DNA of 64,000 nucleotides, taken from assembly GCF_006345805.1 (NCBI RefSeq), contig NC_042998.1:64976001-65040000 (forward strand), given 5' to 3'. Numbering within the stretch: the first letter of the stretch is position 1; each line of letters opens with the position of its first letter. The notes beneath the pieces are model-generated. The model had not been told where the DNA came from. It made no database searches and saw nothing but the letters and a program-made list of their open reading frames with translations. This DNA comes from Octopus sinensis. Lineage: Eukaryota. Below, piece after piece: positions 12,281 through 25,039 of the stretch. A program made the translations under genes and the position numbers.

Positions 12281-13356
12281 TAGTTTATTTTGCAGATACA
12301 TTCCGTCTTAATAAAGATGATTTTCGTTTATTTGACCATATTTCTCGTTATTAACTGATATATTCCACATATGCGTGTTATCAGAAATGTCTTAATATAG
12401 TTAATTAACAGTCGCAATCATATTTTATGTGATTGTATCTAACTAGCAATCATACTTTATTTGTGATTGTATCTAAAGAAAAAAGTATTGAACTGAGATA
12501 CTAAATCAGATTTATCCTCTGGAGATGTTATTTATTTTCGCCTGTAGTGTACACCAGAAGAGATCCTTTAATATTTGATAAGAATCTGTTTTGTTAAAAT
12601 CTAAGATGACGCTCTTATGAGCAGATTTTAAAAAATAATAAATAATCGAAATACATTGAAGTGGCATAATGCTGTTTAATGTCACGTTTCTGACATTCAA
12701 AAATGTGAAAAAAAGGAAACACAAAAAATATTTTAAAAAGACATTAGAAACGTGGGAACATAAGTAAGGTAATAAAATGGTATTTAATGAAATCTGCATA
12801 GAGAATGATGTGTATGTTTTACTGCGAACATATGACAGGCATTCTATATGTTTTCAATGAATAATGTACGGGAAAAGATTAAACTCAATAAAGGAAACAA
12901 GAGAAAAACATCGAAGCACTATACATGAAAAAAAAGTTAGATATATGAGGAAATAAGTTTTTCAGAATATTTGCGTGTAAAGAATATATATTTTATGCAT
13001 TTCAGCTTCCTTGTTACTCACAATAATCACTGCAACGTTTCTGAACTTAATCTTAGATTGAATGGGATGACACTAAAAGGAATGATAGCGTGGAATTTAG
13101 ATTAAACCTATAAGAGATATCCAAAACATCCTATTTATAATCATCGTATGTTCTTCAACCTTTTAGATTAAGGAACATTGCAAACAAAATGCAAGCATCT
13201 TATTCACAATTGATTTCATCTGTAGGATATTCAATTGATTTGAAATATAATAAAAATATCGGATTGGAATAATATATTCAGATTCGTTTTTATGTTTTCA
13301 CCTATAGAGCTCCACATTAGAGTGAAGGGAAAATAATCGAAAATTACATGATAGTT

Positions 13357-13358
<2 letters not shown>

Positions 13359-13431
<73 letters not shown>

Positions 13432-13789
13432 GTATATATATGTATATATGTATATGTATATATGTATATATATATATTAATACATATATATATTATATAT
13501 ATATATAATATATATATATATATATAATATATATATATAATATATACATATACATATATATATATATATATTATATATATATATTACAGCACGCTCTATA
13601 CTTATGTGTATGCGTGTTTTGTTTTATTCAAAATGTTGATGTTAAAACTGGTTACGTTGACATCAAAATTCAGTCTTTTAAAACAAATCCCAAACCATCC
13701 AGTTATCTCTCTCTCTCGCTTGTCTCTTTGTCATTAACATTCTCTTTCTTTCGGTTATTTACTCTCTCTCTCTCTCTGTTTCTGTCTCC

Positions 13790-13856
<67 letters not shown>

Positions 13857-13950
13857 TTATGCATGTACGTATATATGTATGTAATTATGCATATATACAT
13901 TCATATGTGTGTGTGTGTGCGTTATACCAATATATATGAATATATGTGAG
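13359..13950. repeat. Two compound microsatellite blocks (CA)(TA)... and (CT)(TA)(TG)
   Basis: Seen directly at 13359-13585 and 13762-13950. Confidence 0.93.
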
Positions 13951-14948
13951 TGAGTATGTATAACTATGTATATTTTTACACAGATAGCTATTAACTTGGA
14001 AAAATATATACCCACGTCACAACGTCTAATTTAATAACACCTGTAATCATACATATGATTAAACTCAAACTTTGGTACAGGAGCAATATTCTATTGAAAA
14101 TTAGATTGAACATCAGTGATATATGAATTTATTCATAAGTTTAAAGAAAATTACAGGTTTTGAATAAATAACATTGTGGTACTAGCTTTTTGAATTACTT
14201 TCGTGCTTTCATTTAGAGAAAACGAATAGGAGTGATTACAGTTAACAAATAATTCAATACTTCGACGGGAAAACTTTGAATTTTCATACATACATACCAA
14301 CATACGTATATACAGACATAACTATATACACACTAGCAGACAAACACATACGAAACTCGCGCTTGTATATATTCATATTTAGCATATTCTTCACTGCCGC
14401 ATTATATAAGTGAGTGTTATTTCAAATTGAATTTATAAATACTAACTTATATAATTGTATTAGTTCCATGGAAATATTTATATTTACTGTAATATAACGT
14501 GGTGCTACTTTCATTTACGTTACTGCATGTCTCATATTGCTATCATTGTACATCAAGAACTTTAGCATTCTGGTACAACTCCAAATCTCGAAATATTTAT
14601 TGTTTAAATCAATGAATTATAAAGCGAGTATGTATTGGATATTAACACTTATCGCATTGTAATTGCACCAATAATAAGCATTTTTATATAATATATCAGT
14701 TTCAGAGTTATAAAATTTATGAATACATTCTAAGATTATTTGACAATTTACACATGGTTTTCCACAGAAAATTCATTGTTTGCTCCGCATAACGTTTAAA
14801 TCACGCTTGAAATATTACACCAAATCAACAAATTTATACAATGAAAAGTTTCGTTAACATTATGAACAGGTATAGATTTTCATAATTTTTGCTGTATATT
14901 TTTACTGTATTTAGGCATATCAGTTTCAAAGGTCGAAATTAAAAACAA

Positions 14949-15275
14949 GGCGGCGAGCTGGCAAAATCGTTAGCACGCCGGGCGAAATTTCGTCTGTCTC
15001 TATGTTCTGAGTTCGAATTCCACAGATGCCGACTTTCCCTTTCAAGTTCGCGATATTAATTACCAGATTCGTTCTGGTATTGATCTAATAAAGGGTTGAC
15101 AGATAATGGTAGTATGTTTATGCCGAACCTAGACTTTCGGCAAACGAAACCGATAGAATAAGTACTAGGCTCAAAACGTATAAATTCTTGCGTCGATTTC
15201 TAAGTAAATAATTTGTTTGTGATGCTCCAGCATGGCCGTGGTGAAATGACTGAAACGAATGAAATATTAAAACAA
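14949..15275 (+). mobile_element. Second-family tRNA-SINE head joined to the 3' tail of the main SINE family
   Basis: GGCGGCGAGCTGGCAAAATCGTTAGCACGCCGGGCG...GAGTTCGAATTCC (A/B boxes), then GATAGAATAAGTACTAGGCT...CTCCAGCATGGCCG...AATGACTGAAAC. Confidence 0.75.
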
Positions 15276-15419
15276 TAAGAGAAAAAGATCTGTATACTCA
15301 TTCAGAGACATAAAAATAGTTTATTTACGTCTAAAAACATAGAAAAGATCGACTAAGTATTTAAAAATTTGTACTATTGAATGTAAATAGTAAAATGGGT
15401 ACTGAATACTACTTAGATT

Positions 15420-15612
15420 CTTTTACTATTTTACTTGTTCCAAATCATTTGACTGCAGCCATGCTGCAGCACCGGCTTTAGCCGACGAAATCGGCTCTAG
15501 GAAAGCCTATTACTTATTTTATCGGTCTCTTACGCAGAACCGTTTAGTTTCGGGGAATGTAAACACACCAACATCGGTTATCAAGCAATGGCAATGAGAC
15601 ACACACAGACAC

Positions 15613-15651
<39 letters not shown>

Positions 15652-15830
15652 TATACAAACACAGATATACGATGGGCTTCCTTCAGTTTCCGTTTACGAA
15701 ATCCACTCAGAAGGCTTTGGGCGGTCCGAGGCTAAAGTGAAAGGCAGTTGGTCTATGTGCCACGCAGTGGGTCTTAACCCGGAACAGAGTGCTTGAGAAG
15801 CTTCTTACCACACAGATACTCCCCTGCCGA
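15420..15830 (-). mobile_element. Full-length main-family tRNA-SINE with expanded (CA)n
   Basis: Colinear with 3219-3610. Confidence 0.85.
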
Positions 15831-15847
15831 TATGTATATGTATATAT

Positions 15848-15965
<118 letters not shown>

Positions 15966-16502
15966 TATATACATATATATATATGTGTGTGTGTGTGTGT
16001 TAAAATCTGCATTATCATTTTAGATGAAAATGCCTGCGGTCATGTTTGTAGTACTGATTGCCATATAGAACGTCACATATCGGATTAGAAATGACAGACA
16101 CCTCTGTAAAATCTATTCCCTTGTAAGTTTTCTCCTTATAGTTATTGTACATTCAACTGTATTACTTTTGCGAATGTCTCATTAAATTTTAAATACTGTG
16201 ACGTCCGACAAGCTACACACTTTTATTCAAATTCATTAATCCAGACGTTTTGGGGTATTCAAAAATATTTAATAGCTTCAGGATACAACAGCATATTCCA
16301 TGGTTTATTATGAATCGCACATACAAGGTTTCCCAAAATAAATTTTTTACAATATATATGTATAAAAACGGATGACGGATCGGATTCATTGTTCTATTTA
16401 TTTTGTTCATATCAGTCCAAACTCATCACTTCTTAAAGATGTACTAATGCTATTGTAAACAAAATTAATTTGAAAATGTTTGAAAATATATATATAAAGA
16501 GT

Positions 16503-16539
<37 letters not shown>

Positions 16540-16546
16540 TAGATAG

Positions 16547-16697
16547 ATACGAGAAATTTTCGTCTACCAAATCTACTCAGAATTTTGGTCGGCCTGAGGC
16601 TACATTAGAAAACACCTCCTCAAGGTGGCACGCAGTGGGACTGAACTCGGAACCATGTGGTTGGTAAGCAATGTACTTGCTACACAGCCACACCCAA
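16547..16697 (-). mobile_element. SINE head-only fragment
   Basis: CGTCTACCAAATCTACTCA...CACGCAGTGGGACTGAACTCGGAACCATGTGG...ACACAGCCAC. Confidence 0.8.
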
Positions 16698-16765
16698 AAG
16701 GAGAAGAAAATGAAGATTCAGTAGGTAAATAGAATTCGAAAAGTAAATGACTAAATTAGAGATAT

Positions 16766-17066
16766 TTTAGTGCTTTATCAATCTAACACACTCACCGCTA
16801 TGATTTCCGCTCATTTGCTAATTACTCTTACTAAAATGTTCGTTGCGACGTGCAACATTTTCAATAGTCGTAGATTCTGCCCGTTATCAGAATTGTGTTT
16901 TAATTTTTTTAACACATGCGCGTACGTCAGTGTGTGTTCACATTTCCGATAACGGACAAAATGACCGTCTATTGAAAAGGTTGCAAGTCGCAACAAAAAT
17001 TCTAGTAAACGTAATAAGTGAATGAGCGGAAATTTGTGAATGTGTTAAATAAATAAGGCACTGAAA
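16766..17066. mobile_element. Fold-back (MITE-like) inverted repeat, ~130-bp arms, ~40-bp centre
   Basis: 16803-16897 is the reverse complement of 16939-17033 at about 80%; the arms extend outward with one short indel. No TSD seen. Confidence 0.75.
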
Positions 17067-17309
17067 GAGAATGACTCTCCCTAGATAAAATAAGATATGC
17101 TTCAACACACGAATTCACATAACAAATCTGGCAAACCTTATACAAAAACGAAATTAGAGATGATAGAGGACATTTAAATATAAATAAGGTGAGATTATAG
17201 TTGATAATAAATATTCTTATTTCTTTTATTCTCTTAACGGTTTTAGTCACCGGAGTGCGGCCGTGCCGGAGCACAGCCGTAATTTTTTTTCTTTTTGTTT
17301 TAATTTCTT

Positions 17310-18110
17310 TGTCAACTTATGATTGAAAGTGATCAATGATCGACTTTGTAGTTGCTGATTTCCCAGAGGAAATCCCAGAGAATGGCTCTTTGACTTCCTG
17401 CGGGATATGAATCAATCTGCCGCTCTTCTCTTTTGGTGAAGGTTCGCAGGATTCATCGTATGAGATGTCTGCATTTAGAGGTCAATTTGGTGATGTGGCT
17501 TAGGAAATATACACCCTTTGACATGAGTATTCCTATATCTCCTATGTCGTAAATGCTCTAAACCATTGTATTAACTAATGCCAAATATTGGTGTTTGTGT
17601 CCATTCCCTCCGTAATAAATTGCCTGAAATTTTGATGTATTAAATTCCATACTGTTTTTATTCGCCCATTCAAAAATGATATTTATGTCATTTTGAAGTG
17701 TGATGGCGTTTGGATAGCTATTGTTATTTTTGTGTCGTCAGTGTAACTCATTACGTTAGCCGATTGCACATATGAGCTTATGCCTGATAGGGTTGTAGTA
17801 AATAATAATGTTCCTAGAACCGTAACCTGAGATATAACACTCATTACGGGTGTCTTTACCGCGAGGTAATCGTTTAGATCAACAGATTGATACCTATTAT
17901 TGATACCTAAGAAGTGAAAGATCCATTCTCCGAGTTTTCGTACGATACCAAAATTACTTAATCTATGGCAGAAGATTCCATGAGCAATCTTGTCAAACGC
18001 TTTAGAAAAGTCATGGTGTAATCAGTCAGTGTCCTTTCCATTCAGGAGATTATTAGAGTGACCCACTCAAGTCTGTGACTAGGGATTTCGGTACTGATTG
18101 TGTGCTGGCG
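17310..18110 (-). mobile_element. CR1-type LINE reverse transcriptase relic
   Basis: Minus translation DFSKAFDKIAHGI (~17975-18012), LGEWIFHFL, QVTVLGTLLF, SYTDDTKI (~17725-17748), FEWANKNSMEFNTSKFQ. Confidence 0.85.
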
Positions 18111-18279
18111 TCCTCGGTGTAAGTGAGTCACTCTCCTATGAAGAACTAGTACTTAACTGAAGAAGGAATTTTATTCCGAAATTTTATAAGATTATGGATG
18201 ACTAAATTATATCCTATTGCTTGTATTATAGTGCATTGTTGTACCATTCAAAATGTTTTACATACAATACACAATGCTT

Positions 18280-18860
18280 CAAGCGAACTACAATACTCTC
18301 CTGTCTCTACGCCTGGGCCAGACCGAGTTCGCAACCGCTAGGGAGTTGAACAAGCTACAACATAATTCCCACCTTCATCAGGCCCATACATCTATCCTCG
18401 TGTATCCACAGTCTTGCCCTTTCTACAATCACTGAAATACATACATACGTTCGTCATCAGAAAAATCATACACCATCTAAACCAACAACTACATGAGCAC
18501 ATACGCAAATTCCCTGAAATAATATCCAGCATCACGTCAACCATTGAACATACATACCGAGGAAAACTCGCAGCTATTGATGGATGCTACCACCACCGCG
18601 TTGACCAAAAGAAGAACACCTCAAACTTAAATTCCAGTGGCTTTGTACCAAATACCGACACAACTCGGCCTATTACACCGAAAGTGATGACAGGACACGT
18701 TCACCGAAGGAGATAATAATAATACCGAATACGCCAGCACAATATCAGCAACGGAATTCCTAGTAACAGACCTGAGTGGATAACTCTCCCATGAAGAAAT
18801 AGAAATTCTCAGTCTGAGCCCTAGATTATGTGAAAAAGGAATTTTGTTCCGGAATATTAT
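18280..18860 (+). mobile_element. Possible Penelope-like ORF N-terminal relic
   Basis: VTDLSG*LSHEEIEILSLSPRLC (~18763-18830) resembles the NLS..LS..E..LL..G..F motif typical of Penelope-like ORFs; otherwise decayed. Confidence 0.4.
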
Positions 18861-18944
18861 CAGACTATGGAGGACTAAATTATAGCCCATTCTTTGTATT
18901 ATAGTGCATTGTTGTACCATTCAAAACTATTTACAATATATATA

Positions 18945-18975
<31 letters not shown>

Positions 18976-20044
18976 CATACACACAATGCGTTTCTTTCAC
19001 CTTGGTGTCGAAAATATACTCTGCATGAAACGGAAACTAAATTGAAAGAAGAAAATGTGATGATAATAATAATAAGAAGAAGAATTATAATAATAATAAT
19101 AATAATAATAATATTTTTACTATTTTGACCATTAAATAATATTTTTAATATTTTAACCATTAAAAGTTCCCATTAGAATTTTCTTTGCTCTTTGAAGACA
19201 CTTTTAAAGCAGTGTCCCGTTATACAAAGTAGAATATTTACGAAATGTTTTAAGTTCATTTCAGTAAATGTCTTCAGGTATTGCCTTACAAAACGCATTT
19301 GTGATTATATATATATTTTATTCTATTTCTTTTATTTTCAATTGTTTGTTATATATTTATGTCACAGTGGTTTATGTCTTATACAATATCCTACAATTTT
19401 ATTTAGGGTCTTTGTGCCTCACAAGAAATATAGCTCTATCAAGTGAACACAAAAGCATTGAATCGAAATCACTGAATCTAAATAAAAACCGCTGCTTAAC
19501 ACTATTTGACTTCAGGCATTGTCTTGAATAATTTTATTCCTGTCACCTACAATGTACAAAATAAATCTTTAAATATCTATATGGAACACATTGCTATAAA
19601 AAAACAAGAAATATCCATAACGTATATAAGTAAAATAGTTATAAGCAAACTTTATTTCTGGATATAAAAATGACGTGGAATAAAAAAATTTTTTGAAAGA
19701 AACAGTGAAAAATTTCTTAATATTCCCAATATTTAAAAATAATATATTAATAGAAATTTTCACTTATGAAATCCAATTTATTTAAGTCTATATAATATCG
19801 CAAAATATCTGTATATCAAATTATTACTTATCTTACCAACAATAACCTCTACGGTGATAGCGTACTTCCTATGGTAATTAATCTCACGATAATAAATTTG
19901 GTGCTGCACCATTTAGATTTGAAGATTTTACTTCTTTTGAGGGGGTTGGCCACGGGAAAAGCCTACCTAAGACATGTCCTTTGTTAAAACCACAGCGTTT
20001 TATTCCCCAGAAACGATAGTGAATGGAAGATTAACATGGCAATG

Positions 20045-20124
<80 letters not shown>

Positions 20125-20167
20125 GTGTATGCTACATGTATTATATACACTACATATATTATATATT

Positions 20168-20328
20168 AGGCGCAGGAGTGGCTGTGTGCTAAGTAAATTA
20201 CCAATCACATGGTTCCGGGTTCACTCCCACTATGTGGCACATTGGACAAGTGTCCTCTACTATAGCCTCCGGCCGACCAAGGCCGCGTGAGTGGATTTGG
20301 TAGACAGAAACTGAAAGAAGCCCGTCGT
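20168..20328 (+). mobile_element. SINE head-only copy ending at an (AT)n tract
   Basis: AGGCGCAGGAGTGGCTGTGTG...GGTTCACTCCC...GAAAGAAGCCCGTCG. Confidence 0.88.
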
Positions 20329-20357
20329 ATATATACATATATATATATATATATATA

Positions 20358-20993
20358 CTAGCAGTATCGCCCGGCGTTGCTCGGGTTTGTAAGGGAAATA
20401 ACTATATAAGCATTTTTAGAGAGTTATAGCCAAAAAATAGCAAAAAATGCATTAACAATGGAAAAAATATGATGGGAAATTTTTTGAAAAATCGTTGACT
20501 CATCGTAGACATTTTCAGAGAGTTACTTCCCTTATATAATAGCGAAAAATTGCATTAAAATGGAAAAAAAACGATGGTAAATTTTTTTTAAATCGTAGAC
20601 TCATGTAGACGCTTTCTTAGCCATTTCTGTTTTGGTGTCTTAAAGCCATGAAGTCGTTGTTCTAAAAGAACGCTGGTCTCCTTGACAACGCATTACGACG
20701 TTGATTTCCTTACACTCCCTTCCCCACAGGTGCAGGTGTGAGCGTGGACGCCAACTCCGCCGCCATCGACACACGAAAAATTATGCATTAAAATGGAATT
20801 AAAAATGATGTTAAATTATTTTTAAAATCGTAGACTCATCGTAGACGCGCGCTAATACTTAGACGGGCTGGATATGAATCACGACTATAAGCTACCCGAA
20901 TGTGGTTAAACTGCACCGCAAAATGTGGGAGTAGTTAGGAATCTAAATGGAAGGGGACAGACACTCACACAACTACAGTTTTATATATATAGA
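20358..20993 (-). mobile_element. Complete non-autonomous Helitron
   Basis: Minus strand reads A|TCTATATATATAAAA ... CCCGAGCAACGCCGGG hairpin (20370-20385) ... CTAG|T: 5' TC, 3' CTRR, subterminal hairpin, A/T insertion site, no TSD. Confidence 0.88.
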
Positions 20994-21014
20994 TATACAT
21001 AGCGCAGTAGTGGT

Positions 21015-21365
21015 GAGATGTGACAGCAAAGAAAAGCATACATTCACTCTCTGCATGGTTCGTGAGGAACCCATTGACCCAATTTGCTGACTTTTCCGAT
21101 AGCACACAGGTCTCAATGAATGGTTGAATGACCAAATCCAAGCTTCTCTGCTAGTTCCTCAACAGTTACGATGAGATTTTGTTCCACCAAGGTTTTCAGG
21201 ATGTCCTTGTCGAGTTCTACAGATCTTTCAGGATGAGGCTCGTCTTCTAGGCTGTTCCAATATAGCTTTGAAAAAAATAGCTGTTAAAATCGAAATGCAC
21301 TCTTCAAAACTTGCACTATGAATAAGTACAAGATAAAATTACTACCTGCTTTTATAGCAAGTTAA
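21015..21365 (-). mobile_element. Mariner fragment, same family as 43515-44735
   Basis: Reverse complement matches AGCCTAGAAGACGAG...GGGTCAATGGGTTCCT and the 5' UTR of the 43.5-kb copy. Confidence 0.82.
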
Positions 21366-21424
21366 TATAAGTAGTTTATCCCATTCCCCTCTGACTTTTA
21401 GTTCAAGCTGTTGAAAAAACCGCA

Positions 21425-21694
21425 TTATTATATATATATACATACATACATACATACATACATATACACACACTCTCTCTCTCACACACATGCACACATT
21501 TATATCCAGTTATTCTTTTATATGTTTCAGCCTTGAGGTTGTGGCCATGCTGGATCATGTGTGTGTGTGTGTGTCTATCTGTCTGTCTGTCTGTATGTAT
21601 ATATGTATATGTATGTGTGTGAACAATAATATTTTCAACAGATGTGTTGCAAATGTATCTGATTGTTCTCAAGCTTCAATACTGTGTGTGTGTA

Positions 21695-21727
<33 letters not shown>

Positions 21728-21850
21728 ATGTATGTATGTATATGTATGTATGTATGTGTGTATGTATGTATGTGTGTGTATGTATGTATGTGTGTGTGTG
21801 TATGTATGTATGTATGTATGTATGTATGTATGTATGTATGTATGTATGAG
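21425..21850. repeat. Compound (TACA)/(TG)/(TATG)n microsatellite
   Basis: Seen directly. Confidence 0.93.
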
Positions 21851-22099
21851 TGTATGTTTACTTTATTACTAACACAAGCCACTACGGTTATTTTATGTAA
21901 AGTCTTCCTCAAATCACTATCTCTGGCTATTTACTCTCTTCCAAGAACATTTTCACTCACACTTATGTGTTAGCTTCCCATACATTTTACTCATGTATCT
22001 ATCAGCGCGATAGAGAGAAACAAATATTACATCTAGTTTCACTTTATTCGTTGCCCACTGTGTGTGTGCGTTTGCGTGTGGTGTAAACCAGACTAAGAA

Positions 22100-22304
22100 A
22101 AGCATTTGACACACACACCAGAATGTGAGTTTTCTGTAAATTTTGCTTAATTGGAGTTTAAATTTTAAAAACTGGACCTGGCATGACGCGATGCATTGTA
22201 CTCTTAAAAATGCAAGGTAAATTGTAATTGAAGAAATCCTATATTGTAGATTTGTATAACTCCCAAAGGGAGGCAGATAAAATCTGCCTTTTATAATAAG
22301 AGAT
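22100..22304 (-). mobile_element. Helitron-like 5' end fragment
   Basis: Minus strand starts A|TCTCTTATTATAAAAGGCAGATTTTATCTGCCTCCC, with an 8-bp hairpin AGGCAGAT-AAA-ATCTGCCT; the left boundary is approximate. Confidence 0.5.
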
Positions 22305-22344
22305 ATATATATTGTCGTCGTTTACGTCGACTAGGGTTCCAGTG

Positions 22345-22565
22345 ACTCGATCAATATAACAGCCAGTTATTGAAATTTACGTGCAAGTGGCCGAGTACTT
22401 CACAAACGCGTGTTTCCTTAACATAATTCTCGGTGATATTCATCGTGACACAGAGTGTGAAAAGGGCGGCCCTTTGAAATACAAGTACAAAAGAAACAGG
22501 AAGAAATAGTGAGAAAAAATTGTGGGGAAAACTACAGCAGGTTTCACGATCACCCCCTGCCGGAG
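22345..22565. mobile_element. Fragment of a third SINE-like repeat
   Basis: GAAATTTACGTGCAAGTGGCCGAGTACT...CATCGTGACACAGAGTGTGA...GGCCCTTTGAAATACA recognised as a conserved SINE central domain; single copy here, so this rests on recognition only. Confidence 0.5.
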
Positions 22566-22679
22566 TCTGCCGTCCATCCATCCATCCACTGAATCTCTCT
22601 TACTTTTCCTTTCTCTCGGACTCTCCCATGCGTCTCTTACTCTCTACCATTCTCTCTCTATCTCTCTCCCATTTATAAA

Positions 22680-23050
22680 AATTTAGATTTCCGCGCTTAA
22701 ATTACAAATCCGCATCCACTTTAACATGTTGAAAATTTGATTGAAACCGGGCAAAAGGTGTCCAATCTAAACCCCCAAATGTCCCCGAAAGTCAATAAAT
22801 CCATGTTTTCACACCAAAGCAACCAATGTAGCGCCGAAAAACATCTCCCAATCAATTGCTCACCTCAAGTTACGCCCTCCTGTAAATTTTAATCCCCTTC
22901 CAGCTCCATTTCGACCGATTTTTGCATAAAAATCCAATTTGTATCAACGTTCGTCTTCTTAATTTTATAGATTAGACAGATATACCCGGCGTTGCTCGGG
23001 ATTAAAATAGTTTATTATTGTTTTACTTGTTTCGGTATTATAACCCGATT
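22680..23050 (-). mobile_element. Two abutting Helitron pieces (3' end of one joined to the 5' end of another)
   Basis: CCCGGCGTTGCTCGGG hairpin at 22985-23000, identical to 20370-20385; the minus strand reads ...CTAA|TCTATAAAATT at 22972/22971. Outer boundaries approximate. Confidence 0.6.
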
Positions 23051-23099
23051 CATTCGGGTTATTGTTACTTGTGTCGGTGTTTTCCCCTGCTATCGCTTG

Positions 23100-23265
23100 A
23101 AACCGGTGTTGGTGTGTTTTGCTTAACCCTAACTTAGCGGTTCATCAAATTTTGACGATGGAATAAGTACTATGCTTAGAAAGAATAAGTCCTGGGGTCT
23201 ATTATTTCGACTAAAATGGGTACTCCAGCTTGGCGGGAGTTAAATGACTAAAGCAAGCAAAGGAG
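23100..23265 (+). mobile_element. SINE 3' half, degenerate
   Basis: ACCGGTGTTGGTGT...TAACTTAGCGGTTC...GAATAAGTACTA...AATAAGTCCTGGGGTC...AAATGACTAAAGCAAG. Confidence 0.72.
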
Positions 23266-23270
23266 AGTGG

Positions 23271-23582
23271 CTGCATGACTTTCTGAAGGGCACGTGACAG
23301 ACAGATGTAGCAAATAGTGCTCACTCTGAAGAGACACAAATTCTCAGCCGAAACCCAAAGGAAATTGTATTGGCGCCACTGCTACTGGTGGTGGTTCTCT
23401 CAGATATGCCCTCCTCGGTATAGTCAACCAATCTGACCAGTTATGCTGACGATACAAAAGTATCGCAGGTAGTTAGGAACCCTGAGGAACTCATAAAACT
23501 GCTGAGAAATCTATAAAAATGGGCTAACAAAAATAACATGCAGTTCAATGCTATGACATTTCAGACACACCATTATCGACCC

Positions 23583-23583
<1 letters not shown>
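23271..23583 (+). mobile_element. CR1-type LINE RT fragment
   Basis: LHDFLKG...IVLAPLLL...LTSYADDTKVSQ...[16 protein letters not shown]. Confidence 0.88.
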
Positions 23584-23585
<2 letters not shown>

Positions 23586-23635
<50 letters not shown>

Positions 23636-23638
23636 TTC

Positions 23639-23673
<35 letters not shown>

Positions 23674-23798
23674 GAATATATGTATATATAATTTAGCTAT
23701 ACGAGTTGTTATAATCATGTGTATGTACGAGTATATAAGTATATGCATGTATATATGCATATATCTATATCTATCTATATTTCTCTCTGTCTCTGTCT

Positions 23799-23884
<86 letters not shown>

Positions 23885-23890
23885 ATACAT
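23586..23890. repeat. Compound (AT)/(CT)/(AT) microsatellite
   Basis: Seen directly. Confidence 0.95.
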
Positions 23891-25039
23891 ACATTAGTAT
23901 TTAAATAATTATGTATGAGTATGTTTATATCTACATGTTCCAATATTCAAAAACATTAAGTTGAAGATGTACTTTATTAAATCTATATATGAATAACGGT
24001 TTATATGTAAGGCTTGCGTGATGCATATGATAACGCTCAATATTCAAACTTTTAATTATGCTTGATTTTAAATATGACCCATATTGATGTGATCGCAACT
24101 CATCTATAGTCTTACTGAACTGCATCTAATGTATATAACCTTCGGCTAATAATTTTTAAGCTCTAACTTATTCTTCACTTATATTAGTATAATTATTTTT
24201 CCTATTGCATATTGAATCATATTTTCCTTTTATTTAATTTTCATACAATATATATTTTCTGTAAATTGTATTTATTATTGATTTAAAAAAAAATTTATCC
24301 TCCTTATCGTCTTCCTTTACCCTTATTCTTTTAGGTTATTTTAATTATTTTTTGTATATTTTTTTTTTACATTATTTATTATATGGCATATTTACTAATA
24401 TCTATAACTCACAACATAGATACTTTTACATTATCTATAGGATCGAACTTCTTAAATATAGTACGTTTTTGTATGCATTCTTTCAAAAAATATGTTAACC
24501 TTTGTTCTGTAAGCTCATGATAAATCTGAAGAAGATCTGCCCTATATAGTTAAAAATGCTTGGAATTACATACCAACTAGACCTAAAACTGAAACATATA
24601 TGCAGATTTTTTCGCATCTCCCATCTCTTTTTGAGTATTATAACTTACAATTAATTTGTATTGTGTGCTTGAAAGTTCAACATTTCTATATTATAGAAAT
24701 AAATTATTCATAATACATCATGTTATATTTTTATTCATACAACACACACACATATATGTTTATGCATATGTGTATGTGTAAATGTATGTATGTATATATA
24801 TATACATACATATACATTCATACATACATACATGATGGTCCAATGGTGAAGATACATGCGGTGATCAAACTCTGCATAAGGAGTAGACAGCCACCATACA
24901 TATACATACTGGTTGCGATGTGTAAAATATCGTAATTTTATATTTTTTCTTTCGCGCATGTGCATTGTATATTTTTGATTATGTTGACGTCACAGAATAA
25001 TAGGGTCGGTAGGGCACCGTCTGTCAGAAATGCAGCACT

